This document shows positions 1 through 7,818 of a DNA stretch of 41,808 nucleotides, piece by piece. The DNA comes from a virus (taxonomy: Duplodnaviria > Caudoviricetes). The DNA lies in IMG/VR virus record IMGVR_UViG_3300033076_000864, positions 1 to 41,808 of that record. One strand, given 5' to 3'. The notes under the pieces are model-generated. The model was not told where the DNA came from. It saw only the letters and a list, made by a program, of their open reading frames with translations, and ran no database searches. Position 1 is the first letter of the stretch. Each line of letters opens with the position of its first letter. Both the position numbers and the translations under genes were made by a program.

Positions 1-1340
1 TTGTTGCCATCCTGCATAGGCTGCTCGTCGTCTGACGATTTGAAACGGAACGTCGCGCCGTCAAAGAAGATCTGTCGGTAGTCCGGCGGGAAGTGCCGGT
101 GCGCCACAACGTCGACCTCGGTGTAGCTCTGCGGCAAGCCAAACTCCCCGTACACGTCGCGCCAAATGAAGCCGATCATGTCGGCGTCGGCTTCGATCTC
201 GCCGCTGCCGCGCAAGTCGGTCATCTTGAACCGGCGACCGCTGCGGCCTGAGTACTCGCGATTGAGTTGCGACAGCAGCAGCACAGGTGCACGCACCAGA
301 ATCGACACCGCGCACAGGGCCTTGCATTGGGCGCCGATCTCTTCGTCGCTGCGCAAGGTCTTGTCGCCTCGCGGGATGCGCTGCAAGAAGTCCACGACGA
401 TAAAGCCAAGCGGACCGCGCTCGTGTTCGTCGGTAATGTAGCGCACGATGGCGCTGATCTTTTGCCCGACCATTGTGTTGATATCGTAGGGAATCTCGCT
501 TAGGTCGCTCATCGCTTGGATGATTGTCGGCATATCCTCCGGCAGCCCCGCCTCAATGCGCTTCTCTGGCAACCCGCTGATGTACGAAACGAAACGGTTG
601 TCGAGTTGCTCTTCCGGCATCTCCATCGAAATGAACAACCCGCGCTTGCCGGTCGCCTTGGACGCAGCGAGCAGCTCGCCAATCGCAAACGAGGTCTTGC
701 CGAACTTGGGTGGCCCGGCCCAAACGTAGAGCCCGCTTTCGAGGTAGCCGCCGCCAAGCATCCGGGTAATCGTCGACACCGCAGACGGGATCAACGTGCG
801 AATCGCCTTACCGCGCATGATGTTCTCAAGCATTAGGGCGAGCCGCTGATTCTTATCGGGCTTGCCGACCTGATTGGACGCGATGCGGATCTGCTTGGCT
901 TCTTCCATCGCGACGGCGCGCTCAACGCTTGTCGGCGCGTTCTTGGCGCGGAACAGGGCAGACGCCAATTGCTCCATGCCCTTGCGCTCGGCAGCCAGGT
1001 CGGCGATGCGGTCGCAATAGGTGTCGATGTAGATCGAGGTGCCAGGCCCGAAGTGCTTGGACACATTCCAGAACTCATCCCACATCGCCTTATTGTCGGC
1101 GCCGTTGTCGGCTAGGCGATTGACTGCTTCGAGCACGTCGCGGTGGCAGGCAGCGCCGCGGGCGACAATCGCGGCCTCGTATTGCTCCATCATCCAGTGC
1201 AACGGCGGCTCGGTCAGCATGTCCACCGTGCACCGCTTGCGAAACACGGCGTACTCTTCGCCTGTGTCGTCGGTTAGGATGGCACCCACGACGATGCGCT
1301 CGGCCACCGGGTCTCGGTTGTCGCGGATCTCCTTGCTCAC
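1..1340 (-). CDS. dnaB: Replicative DnaB-family helicase (3' end runs off window; absent from ORF track)
   Basis: Hand translation from GTG at 1340 (GTGA overlap with the upstream stop) gives MSKEIRDNRDPVAERIVVGAIL..., Walker A WAGPPKFGKTS, and DnaB motifs LLLSQLNRE and DLRGSGEIEADADMI. Open to base 1. Confidence 0.93.
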   Translation of the reverse strand, partial: MSKEIRDNRDPVAERIVVGAILTDDTGEEYAVFRKRCTVDMLTEPPLHWMMEQYEAAIVARGAACHRDVLEAVNRLADNGADNKAMWDEFWNVSKHFGPGTSIYIDTYCDRIADLAAERKGMEQLASALFRAKNAPTSVERAVAMEEAKQIRIASNQVGKPDKNQRLALMLENIMRGKAIRTLIPSAVSTITRMLGGGYLESGLYVWAGPPKFGKTSFAIGELLAASKATGKRGLFISMEMPEEQLDNRFVSYISGLPEKRIEAGLPEDMPTIIQAMSDLSEIPYDINTMVGQKISAIVRYITDEHERGPLGFIVVDFLQRIPRGDKTLRSDEEIGAQCKALCAVSILVRAPVLLLSQLNREYSGRSGRRFKMTDLRGSGEIEADADMIGFIWRDVYGEFGLPQSYTEVDVVAHRHFPPDYRQIFFDGATFRFKSSDDEQPMQDGN

Positions 1341-2437
1341 GTCAGCACCTCGTCCTCTGGCGGCTCAGCGGGAAAGGCCCACACGGGCAGCGGGTTGTTC
1401 TTGCGGTACTCGGCTTCTTCGTCGTCGGCTTCTTGCTTGTGCTTGAGCCCCACGCCGAAGTCGGCGATCACTTGGCGATGCCGCTTCTCTTCTTCCAGAC
1501 GGGCGGCGCGGCGCTGGGCGACTTCGGTTTGGTGGTCAAGGTAGGCTTGCTCAGAATTGAACCCGCGCTTTTGCCATTCGGGCAGCCGGCTCGTGCGGAC
1601 AGCATTCGCCAAGTCCCGATCACGTTCGCACTGGTTCGATAGCCACGTTCGTACAGTGCCAGCCCACGATACGATCGGGTCTCTGCCACGCTTCCAGCCC
1701 TTTGATTCCCAGTGTCCGTGGCAGCCGCGTCCGATTCGGTCGGCATCCGCTTCAGGACATCCCTCGTGCACAAACAGAGCGATAGTCTCTTCGATCGTCG
1801 GCGGGTTGTCGGCGAGGTCTGGCGCTTTCGCTTTGGGTTTGCGCTTGACCTTCTCGACCGGCACATCCACTAGCAGCCCCGTAGGGGCAGGCGCCGCAGG
1901 CGCCGGGGTAAATGTCCTGTTCCTGTAAGCTGTCTCCTGATTACTGTTTACTGTTCTCTGATCACTGGTGTCCGACACGGTGACAGAGACAGTGTTAGGC
2001 ACCGTGTTAGGCACCGTGTCCAACACCGTCTTAGACACAGTGTCGAGTTGAGATTGAACAAGATCAAGGGCTTTAGTCAAAACCAAACTAGACCCAAGAC
2101 GCGCAAGCTCATTACGGTAGTGCGTGGCGTGTGACGGGTTCTGCACCGGGTTGGCGAGGATGCAATCTGGCACCCAGACGTGACCGGACTCAGGGTCAGC
2201 GTGCAGTAAGCCGAGGTTGGCAAGCGTGGCAATCGCCTTCTTGACGCCATGTGCGGTGCGTCCGAGGTCGTCAGCGATGCTCATTGGGCGCACATATCGA
2301 GCGCCGGACTTGTTGGATTCCAATCCGGCGATCAACCACGTTAGAACGTCGCGCTCAACTTGGTATCGAGCGCCGGCCAAACGCGGCAGCGTCACCGACA
2401 GGATGCGCCGGTGTTCAGGTGGTTCGGGACGAGGCAT
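1337..2437 (-). CDS. Phage replication initiator protein (lambda O/DnaD-like architecture)
   Basis: N-terminal HTH-like segment (SIADDLGRTAHGVKKAIATLANLGLL), central repeat DTVSKTVLDTVPNTVPNTV and C-terminal WESKGWKRG..IVSWAGTVRTW typical of phage replication proteins. Directly upstream of dnaB; ATG 2437 follows GGAGGG. Confidence 0.75.
   Translation of the reverse strand: MPRPEPPEHRRILSVTLPRLAGARYQVERDVLTWLIAGLESNKSGARYVRPMSIADDLGRTAHGVKKAIATLANLGLLHADPESGHVWVPDCILANPVQNPSHATHYRNELARLGSSLVLTKALDLVQSQLDTVSKTVLDTVPNTVPNTVSVTVSDTSDQRTVNSNQETAYRNRTFTPAPAAPAPTGLLVDVPVEKVKRKPKAKAPDLADNPPTIEETIALFVHEGCPEADADRIGRGCHGHWESKGWKRGRDPIVSWAGTVRTWLSNQCERDRDLANAVRTSRLPEWQKRGFNSEQAYLDHQTEVAQRRAARLEEEKRHRQVIADFGVGLKHKQEADDEEAEYRKNNPLPVWAFPAEPPEDEVLT
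1941..2050. repeat. Putative replication origin: seven degenerate 12-bp iterons plus an adjacent AT-richer 7-mer tract, inside the initiator gene
   Basis: Units ggtgtccgacac/ggtgacagagac/agtgttaggcac/cgtgttaggcac/cgtgtccaacac/cgtcttagacac/agtgtcgagttg (1967-2050), preceded by ttactgt ttactgt tctctga tcactgg. Confidence 0.65.
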
Positions 2438-2608
2438 AAAGCCCTCCGCTCCAGACAACTGCCCTCAAGACGTCGCTGGAACACTGGCAAAGATCGCCAG
2501 TCCGGCGGCAGGATCGCCGGTCAACGCTTGAAGGCATGTGTCTGGGTCGGAAGGTCATGATTTCCTGCTTCGGGCGCTAGCGGGTTCCAGTCCGCTCGCC
2601 CGCCAATC

Positions 2609-3100
2609 CTACCGCGTTGCCGGGGTGGGGTCAAGGGCGACAGCCTTCAACGTGCGCCGATGACAAGCCGCACACTGCACCGATTCTTTGCGCTTCCGCA
2701 CCCCGCAAGCGCAAAGATCGTGCCGCTTCGCCCGCGCCGGCTTAATCGCCGCTGTGTAGCAAGCCCGGCACACCTCGCTGTCAGGACGCCGCTTGTTCCC
2801 GCAAGCGCATAACCGAGTAACACGCATCGCCTTTGCGTTGCAGTCTACGCAGTTGGCGGCGCGGTTGCTGATCGCCTTGCCGCACCCGCCGCAGTGATTC
2901 ACCCGCTTGGGGCGTACCGTTAGCGGCTCAATGCCCGCGCCGCAGTGACAGACCTTGCGCGGCGGGCTTGGCGTCTTGCGCTGGTACACCTTGGGCGGCA
3001 GCGGCAGCCCTTGGTAGCGGTCGAGCACGAGCAACAACTCGCTAACCGTCTCGCGCAGTTGCTCGATTAGCTCGTGTTGCTGGGCTAGCAAGGCGATCAT
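2609..3100 (-). CDS. Cys-rich multi-zinc-finger hypothetical protein
   Basis: Repeated CxCG...CxxC units. ATG 3100 overlaps the upstream stop (ATGA). Confidence 0.7.
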   Translation of the reverse strand: MIALLAQQHELIEQLRETVSELLLVLDRYQGLPLPPKVYQRKTPSPPRKVCHCGAGIEPLTVRPKRVNHCGGCGKAISNRAANCVDCNAKAMRVTRLCACGNKRRPDSEVCRACYTAAIKPARAKRHDLCACGVRKRKESVQCAACHRRTLKAVALDPTPATR

Positions 3101-3420
3101 GCCTTCCCCCGCAACCGAGGCCGAATCGTACCGCAATGCACGCACTTGCCCGAATGGCTGTAGGCGTGCAGCTTGCGCTCAGGGACGCAGGGACCGGCAA
3201 GCAGGTGCGGATGCTTCTTAGCGTGTTCGCGCAAATAGTGCACGTTGCAGAGTCCGCGTGCCTTGTCTACGCCGTCGCAGCCCTCCACAGAACACTTGGC
3301 GCCGTGCGGAATCTTGCGCGGAAGTATCGCCACGAAATCAGGCGAAAACCACAGCCGCGAGTAGCAGGTTGAGCACAAGCCGCGCGCGTGGGCGGAACGT
3401 CCGCAGGGGCAGATCTTCAT
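3097..3420 (-). CDS. Zn-binding protein with two C-x-C...ARGLC-x2-C/HY repeats
   Basis: CPCGRSAHARGLCSTCY and CSVEGCDGVDKARGLCNVHY resemble the N-terminal DNA-binding module of phage HNH proteins. No HNH motif seen. ATGA overlaps at both ends. Confidence 0.7.
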   Translation of the reverse strand: MKICPCGRSAHARGLCSTCYSRLWFSPDFVAILPRKIPHGAKCSVEGCDGVDKARGLCNVHYLREHAKKHPHLLAGPCVPERKLHAYSHSGKCVHCGTIRPRLRGKA

Positions 3421-3713
3421 TGTTCTACCTCGCCGTCGCCGCCGCAGTGGGCGCACGTCACGATGCCCTCACCGTCACAGACAAAGCAGCGGCGAGTGCC
3501 TGTATTGTCGTCGTCGTGTTGCCCGTCGCCGTCACAGTCGGGGCAGAACACCGTACCCTGACCCTTGCACGGCTTGCACTTGATGCGCGTCGGGCATTCG
3601 TAGTGGCAATCGCCGTCGCCGTGGCAGGTTGCGCAATCGGCAGCCCCGCAGGTTCGGTCCGAGCAATACCGCCTGCGCGGGTATGCTGTGCAGTTTGGTC
3701 CGCAAGAAGTCAT
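3417..3713 (-). CDS. DnaJ-type CxxCxGxG zinc-finger protein
   Basis: Five CxxCxGxG repeats (CATCHGDG, CKPCKGQG, CPDCDGDG, CFVCDGEG, CAHCGGDG). Confidence 0.75.
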   Translation of the reverse strand: MTSCGPNCTAYPRRRYCSDRTCGAADCATCHGDGDCHYECPTRIKCKPCKGQGTVFCPDCDGDGQHDDDNTGTRRCFVCDGEGIVTCAHCGGDGEVEQ

Positions 3714-3762
3714 GGCTGCCCCACATGGTCAAAGTCAAGTCCGTCAAAGTCCATCTGTTACC

Positions 3763-3975
3763 TCACAAATCTAGGCCAAGTTCACGGCGCGCCGTCTCCC
3801 GGTCAATCCGCTCCGGCGGCGGCTCGTCACCATCGTCAGTGAATCGCCTGCGGTCGCAGTCGCACGGGCTCAACCCGCAGACGTTGCAGGAGCGTTTTAA
3901 CCGTCCTTTTGGGTAGACGTTGGCGTGGTTATCGCCCTCGCGGGCGTTCCAGTTACTGCGTTTACGTCGCATCAC
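3763..3975 (-). CDS. Hypothetical protein
   Basis: ATGA overlap with the upstream gene; CNVCG motif. Confidence 0.5.
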   Translation of the reverse strand: MMRRKRSNWNAREGDNHANVYPKGRLKRSCNVCGLSPCDCDRRRFTDDGDEPPPERIDRETARRELGLDL

Positions 3976-4226
3976 ATCCCCCGATGAATCCGCGCAAGCA
4001 GATCGTCTAGCCGGTCAAGATCCGCATCCGGCACAAGCCTTGCCGCCTCTACGCCCCGATTGTGCTCTGAGGCAAGCCCAGACAGTCCGCGCACGATTGC
4101 GAGGCTTGTAGGGGAAGCCCATGCGCCGATCATTCCGAACGGCGCCTTCGTCGGCAGCGTGCACGGGCGCGGGTCGGCTAGCTCGCGGCGGCGGTCCCAT
4201 TGGTCTAGGTAGTCAGCGTGGGGCAT
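3972..4226 (-). CDS. Hypothetical protein (MPHADYLDQW...)
   Basis: ATG 4226 after GGAGG; part of the overlapping gene chain. Confidence 0.6.
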   Translation of the reverse strand: MPHADYLDQWDRRRELADPRPCTLPTKAPFGMIGAWASPTSLAIVRGLSGLASEHNRGVEAARLVPDADLDRLDDLLARIHRGM

Positions 4227-4452
4227 TACGGCCTCCAATCGCCACAAGCGCATCGCGGTACCGCATGGCGTGATAGGGTTGCGTGTTCGGAAGTGCGCGG
4301 TTTTCAAGCCAACACATCTTCTTAGCAAACTCCTTATCGAACAGCCGATGTGTGGGGTACCGGATCCACGCGTGGTAAGTAAACCCACCACATGCGCCAA
4401 GCGATACTAGAACCCAGCGATCTAGGTTCGATTTGCGGTAAGGGTTAGGCAT
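4213..4452 (-). CDS. Hypothetical protein (MPNPYRKSNL...)
   Basis: TGATG overlap with the upstream gene; GGGGAG RBS. Confidence 0.55.
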   Translation of the reverse strand: MPNPYRKSNLDRWVLVSLGACGGFTYHAWIRYPTHRLFDKEFAKKMCWLENRALPNTQPYHAMRYRDALVAIGGRNAPR

Positions 4453-4721
4453 CACTCCCCCAAAGGATTCCGCCGGCACCGTGGCCGACCGTCTGCAAGG
4501 TTGCCGTTGCGAACGATAACGCCGCCCCAAATCTCGCCGCGCTCCCACCGGGGCAACTGCGACGACTCCACTACCAGCCGGCAGTGGCGGCAGGTGTAGA
4601 TCCCGCGTTCCACCGTCGTCGCCGTCGCTGACCTCGTGCCGGTCAGTTGCCAGCTGTGGGCGCCGCGTTTGGTCACACGACCTGGCTCGTGGCGTGGGCC
4701 TACCCAACCGGCGGGAATCAC
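4452..4721 (-). CDS. Hypothetical protein
   Basis: GTGA overlap; CRHC motif. Confidence 0.5.
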   Translation of the reverse strand: MIPAGWVGPRHEPGRVTKRGAHSWQLTGTRSATATTVERGIYTCRHCRLVVESSQLPRWERGEIWGGVIVRNGNLADGRPRCRRNPLGE

Positions 4722-4960
4722 GACAGCACCTCTTGCGCTTTGACCTTAGCAGCCGACAGCGACTTGAATGGCCCAATGCTCTTGGTTCGGTCGGTGTCAA
4801 CCCAATCGACCGATCCGGGCTGCCAGTACCAGCGCGACTTGTCGCGGTAGGCGATGCCGAAACAGGTCAAGCTGCCTTGCAGGTATCGGTACAGAATCCA
4901 CGGTCCATCGCCGCGTTGGCTCCAAAATGGTGGACCGGTAAGCGTGAATGCGCGTATCAC
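4718..4960 (-). CDS. Hypothetical protein (VIRAFTLTGPPFW...)
   Basis: GTG 4960 overlaps the upstream stop; C-terminal GPFKSLSAAK is typical of small phage early proteins. Confidence 0.55.
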   Translation of the reverse strand: MIRAFTLTGPPFWSQRGDGPWILYRYLQGSLTCFGIAYRDKSRWYWQPGSVDWVDTDRTKSIGPFKSLSAAKVKAQEVLS

Positions 4961-5130
4961 GGCCACACCAGCCACGCCAGCAAGACAGCGGCGCACGCGA
5001 GCCCGATCACGACCGCAGCCTTGAACAGTTCGCGCACCACAAGCCCGCTCTCGCACGCCGCGCAGTACAGCCCGGCAGCGTGGTGCGCACGAAGGCAGCC
5101 GGGGCATTGTCGTCTTTGATTCCGTTGCAT
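4957..5130 (-). CDS. Small membrane-anchored Zn-finger protein (57 aa, not in ORF track)
   Basis: MQRNQRRQCPGC...CAACESG followed by a hydrophobic C-terminus (AAVVIGLACAAVLLAWLVWP). Start/stop overlaps on both sides. Confidence 0.55.
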   Translation of the reverse strand: MQRNQRRQCPGCLRAHHAAGLYCAACESGLVVRELFKAAVVIGLACAAVLLAWLVWP

Positions 5131-5342
5131 CACAGCACCTCAGCCTTGCAGCCGCACTGGTCCACACCCCAGCCGATACCGTAGCCGCACGTTGAGCAGA
5201 TAGGAGTGCTCGCACGGATCTGGGTATCGCACGCCACGCACGAGCTTGCCGAATCGCCAGCAAGCGGAAGGTCTTTGCGGTCGTGCTTGCGGCAAAACCG
5301 CACGCGTTTGTTTCCGTCAAGTCGAACCGTCGAAAGTTCCAC
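5130..5342 (-). CDS. Cys-rich hypothetical protein
   Basis: GTG after GAGGG; CxxC pairs; TGATG overlap with the next gene. Confidence 0.55.
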   Translation of the reverse strand: MELSTVRLDGNKRVRFCRKHDRKDLPLAGDSASSCVACDTQIRASTPICSTCGYGIGWGVDQCGCKAEVL

Positions 5343-5381
5343 GCTACCCTCTTGCGCAATCCCTGCGCGTCTGAATCTGTA

Positions 5382-5470
5382 GCCGTCCGCCTCGCGTTTG
5401 GACCCGCACTAGGTCGGGAGTCCCCAATGCAGGAAGGCTCTTTGCCGCCTCTAAGCCGGAGGCGGACGGC
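5382..5470 (-). ncRNA. Candidate structured RNA element (12-bp closing stem with internal hairpins)
   Basis: Perfect inverted repeat gccgtccgcctc (5382-5393) / gaggcggacggc (5459-5470). Internal 11-bp stem ccugcauuggg/ccuagugcggg uses G-U pairs on the - strand. Confidence 0.45.
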
Positions 5471-5485
5471 GGCAGCGCAATCCGG

Positions 5486-5668
5486 TCATGATCCGGCGGG
5501 GTCTTTCCCGTTGCGCTCTTTGCGACGCAGCTCCGTTGCCCGCCGCTGGTACTCTGACGCCTGCTGCGAGTAGATCCACGCCGCAGCTGGGTTGACCTGA
5601 GCTTGCGCCAGTTGCACAAGCGCCACCGCCAGTTGCTCTAGGCGTTCGGCTTCGGTCGTCAAATTCAT
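5486..5668 (-). CDS. Hypothetical helical protein (MNLTTEAERL...)
   Basis: ATGA overlap with the upstream gene. Confidence 0.55.
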   Translation of the reverse strand: MNLTTEAERLEQLAVALVQLAQAQVNPAAAWIYSQQASEYQRRATELRRKERNGKDPAGS

Positions 5669-5904
5669 CGCTTGAACCCCGGCCCAAATACGCAGACCTC
5701 TCCGCGACCTTTGCCGCGACCAAGACCCACCGGGTGAATACCGCACAGGTACGCACGATTTCGGGCGGTGTCGGCTGGTAGCCCGATGCGAATCCCGATC
5801 GCTGCCCAATACTCCGCAACAGTGCGCGGGCGATCCGGCTCGCTATCGAGTTGCTGGACCGCTCGGGCGATCTCTTGAATTTGGCTTGCGCTTAACTTTC
5901 GCAT
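5665..5904 (-). CDS. Hypothetical protein (MRKLSASQIQ...)
   Basis: ORF in a co-oriented chain; start uncertain by one codon. Confidence 0.55.
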   Translation of the reverse strand: MRKLSASQIQEIARAVQQLDSEPDRPRTVAEYWAAIGIRIGLPADTARNRAYLCGIHPVGLGRGKGRGEVCVFGPGFKR

Positions 5905-5978
5905 CATCTTCCGCCAAGTTGCTGAACAGTTCAGCGATTGCAAACGTCAAAACCAGACGCGTGTGAGGGTCGCAACTC

Positions 5979-6266
5979 TCATCGCGTAGCTTTTCGAGTT
6001 CGGCTATCAGGTTCATTAATCACCCCTTGCAACTCTTTGATCGTGGCATCAAGCGTCGCCTCAAGCGCGCTAGTGCAGAACGCAGCAGACTCCCAAGGGC
6101 CGGTACAGATTACGATCGGCCACTTGCCGCGCGTTGTTAGCCGCCCGTGCCACTTGAGTTTGCGCGAACCGGGAACACACATCCCGATCACAACCTCAAG
6201 CTCGCAGTTGCCACGAGTTGCACGCCAAGATCCGTTAGGCGCGGTGACTTTCGTGTCGAATTTCAT
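5979..6266 (-). CDS. Hypothetical protein
   Basis: ATGA overlap; co-oriented. Confidence 0.6.
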   Translation of the reverse strand: MKFDTKVTAPNGSWRATRGNCELEVVIGMCVPGSRKLKWHGRLTTRGKWPIVICTGPWESAAFCTSALEATLDATIKELQGVINEPDSRTRKATR

Positions 6267-6427
6267 GCCATCACCTGAGCAAGAACGTCTTTGACCACCG
6301 TAGCAAGGACAGGCCCCTGCGCCTCGTACAGCGCACCTTTGTAGACCGCGCTGACGTACCAGTCGCAGTTATCCCACAGCAGGTTGACCTCTGTGCATTT
6401 TCCTTGAAGTAAAACAATGTCTTTCAC
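6263..6427 (-). CDS. Hypothetical protein (VKDIVLLQGK...)
   Basis: GTG after GAGGGG; stop overlaps the next ATG. Confidence 0.55.
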   Translation of the reverse strand: MKDIVLLQGKCTEVNLLWDNCDWYVSAVYKGALYEAQGPVLATVVKDVLAQVMA

Positions 6428-6468
6428 GTTCCCCTCGTCTTGCGCTACCCAGCCTCGCGCCGCAACGA

Positions 6469-6590
6469 CGAAGCCAGCCCCCGCGCCGGGGTCCAAGAGG
6501 CGTTGACTCGCGGAGCCGCCGCGCACGGTTTGCCGGGATACCGGCTTGCCCCTGGGGGCTTTGTGTGGACTTGGAAGCTATGCGGCTTCG
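6469..6590 (-). ncRNA. Candidate multi-branched structured RNA directly 3' of tRNA-like element 1
   Basis: Nested pairings 6469-75/6584-90, 6476-82/6554-60, 6488-91/6549-52, 6509-13/6519-23 and 6532-36/6541-45. Confidence 0.45.
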
Positions 6591-6597
6591 GTCCCCT

Positions 6598-6639
6598 TGG
6601 CAGGGCGTGCGGGAGTCGAACCCGCGTACCGTTCGCCCT
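6598..6639 (-). ncRNA. tRNA-like element 1 (acceptor stem + T-arm + GCCA; no D or anticodon arm)
   Basis: AGGGCGA ACGGTAC GCGGG TTCGACT CCCGC ACGCCCT G CCA: 6/7-bp acceptor stem, 5-bp T stem, canonical T-loop. Confidence 0.8.
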
Positions 6640-6672
6640 TTGCCCGGCTTGCGGTGCCGGGCGACCGTTGGG

Positions 6673-6972
6673 TTAGCGCGGGTTTGGCGCGCAGAGAAAC
6701 TCGAATTTGGCGGCATCGTAGCGGATAACGCGCAGGCTCCAACGCTTGAAGATCATGCGTAGTTGCGGAAACCAGAACCCCGACCGCTTGACGGGATCCT
6801 CTGCCCACCATCCGCCATTGCCGCGACTGATCAGCACATCAGCGAAAAGGACGGTTGAGTTGTCGTCGGCGCACGCCTCCAGGTCCGCAACCATGCGCGA
6901 GTCGGGATGGTTCTCGGCTGCAAACTGTCGACTGATCAGTGCCGTCCCTCGGTTGTAGTGTGCAATGCCCAT
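6673..6972 (-). CDS. Hypothetical early protein (MGIAHYNRG...)
   Basis: ATG after GAGGGAG. Confidence 0.7.
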   Translation of the reverse strand: MGIAHYNRGTALISRQFAAENHPDSRMVADLEACADDNSTVLFADVLISRGNGGWWAEDPVKRSGFWFPQLRMIFKRWSLRVIRYDAAKFEFLCAPNPR

Positions 6973-7016
6973 GATCTCTCCCTCTGCGCGTTGGGGCCGC
7001 GCCCCTCGGGGTTGTG

Positions 7017-7241
7017 TTACAGTTGCCCACACTTGTCAACGAAGGCATCGGCGCCACTGCCGTACTGCCGGTAGACCTGCACACCGTCAAAGCGGGTATC
7101 AGTCGCGGCCAACTTCTGCACCTTGTTGCGCAGGCTGTTGAGCGTGCGACCAACGACAACCTCGCGGTCGCCTGTGCGGTCGTTCTCAACGCTGACAAAG
7201 TAATCGTGATTGCGGATCGTCGCGTTTCCAGTGATGTTCAT
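7017..7241 (-). CDS. Hypothetical early protein (MNITGNATIR...)
   Basis: ATG after GGGAG; first gene downstream of sigma-54 promoter P1. Confidence 0.7.
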   Translation of the reverse strand: MNITGNATIRNHDYFVSVENDRTGDREVVVGRTLNSLRNKVQKLAATDTRFDGVQVYRQYGSGADAFVDKCGQL

Positions 7242-7290
7242 CGTCTGTCTCCCGTTGTTCGGCGGCGTCCAAGCCGCTGCTAGTAGTATA

Positions 7291-7307
7291 TGCACAAGCC
7301 GTGCCAA
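7291..7307 (-). promoter_or_regulatory. Sigma-54 (-24/-12) promoter P1
   Basis: TTGGCACG-GCTT-GTGCA against consensus YTGGCACG-N4-TTGCW; intergenic, 50 bp upstream of an ATG. Confidence 0.75.
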
Positions 7308-7371
7308 GTTGGCGAACCGACTATGTGCGCGTATTCGTTCGCTTTGCCGGTTTTGTGGCATCGCGGGCCAG

Positions 7372-7427
7372 TGTCCCATTCTGAGACTTTTCGCATTCTG
7401 AGAATTCCGTTGTCTCACGTTGAGACT
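7372..7427. promoter_or_regulatory. Three enhancer-like palindromes (consensus TGTCTCA-N3-TGAGAC) upstream of P1
   Basis: tgtcccattctgagact (7372), tttcgcattctgagaat (7389), tgtctcacgttgagact (7411). Confidence 0.7.
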
Positions 7428-7517
7428 TCACCGCATCACCGTTAGCCAGACCGCAGCCGTTGCCGCGAGCCCTAGCGCGATGATTGCCACCTTTCGTATC
7501 GCTTGCATCCTGGCCAT
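7428..7517 (-). CDS. Possible small single-pass membrane peptide (26-29 aa)
   Basis: MARMQAIRKVAIIALGLAATAAVWLTVMR; alternative ATG at 7508. Confidence 0.35.
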   Translation of the reverse strand: MARMQAIRKVAIIALGLAATAAVWLTVMR

Positions 7518-7566
7518 CCTCAGCTAGCGCCTAACGCTAGGAACGCCTCGCGGCGTTTTCGGCCTG

Positions 7567-7818
7567 CTACGCGAACAACTCGCCAACCTGCCAGCGCGGA
7601 TCCGCCACGCTGCAAAGGTAGCCGCTAAGCTCCAACTCGTGCCCAGCGTTGAGCAAGTCCGCCACAAGGTCGCAGCGGTCGGGCACAATGGCCACCGCCT
7701 CAAGCCCGCGATACGTCCACCACGCGCGCCAGATTGCCGGCTGCTCCACTTGCACGGCTTTGCGCTCCGCGTGCAACTCGACTTGGCCGCTTTTACGGCT
7801 CACAAGCTCAATTCGCAT
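7567..7818 (-). CDS. Hypothetical protein (MRIELVSRK...)
   Basis: ATG after GAGG, overlapping the end of the upstream gene. Confidence 0.6.
   Translation of the reverse strand: MRIELVSRKSGQVELHAERKAVQVEQPAIWRAWWTYRGLEAVAIVPDRCDLVADLLNAGHELELSGYLCSVADPRWQVGELFA

Noticed and set aside
5430-5470. c-di-GMP-I riboswitch (GCCUCCGG..., GGCAAA fragments)
   Set aside because: The fragments are in the wrong order and the GAAA-capped stem and GACGCAAAGC junction are absent.
6430-6639. Permuted (two-piece) tmRNA or a full tRNA
   Set aside because: No G3-U70 alanine acceptor. The GGGGACC after the CCA does not pair with the acceptor strand. No tag ORF, D arm or anticodon arm.
7428-7517. Holin or lysis cassette
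   Set aside because: A single short hydrophobic peptide in the early region with no endolysin nearby; lysis genes are probably outside the window.
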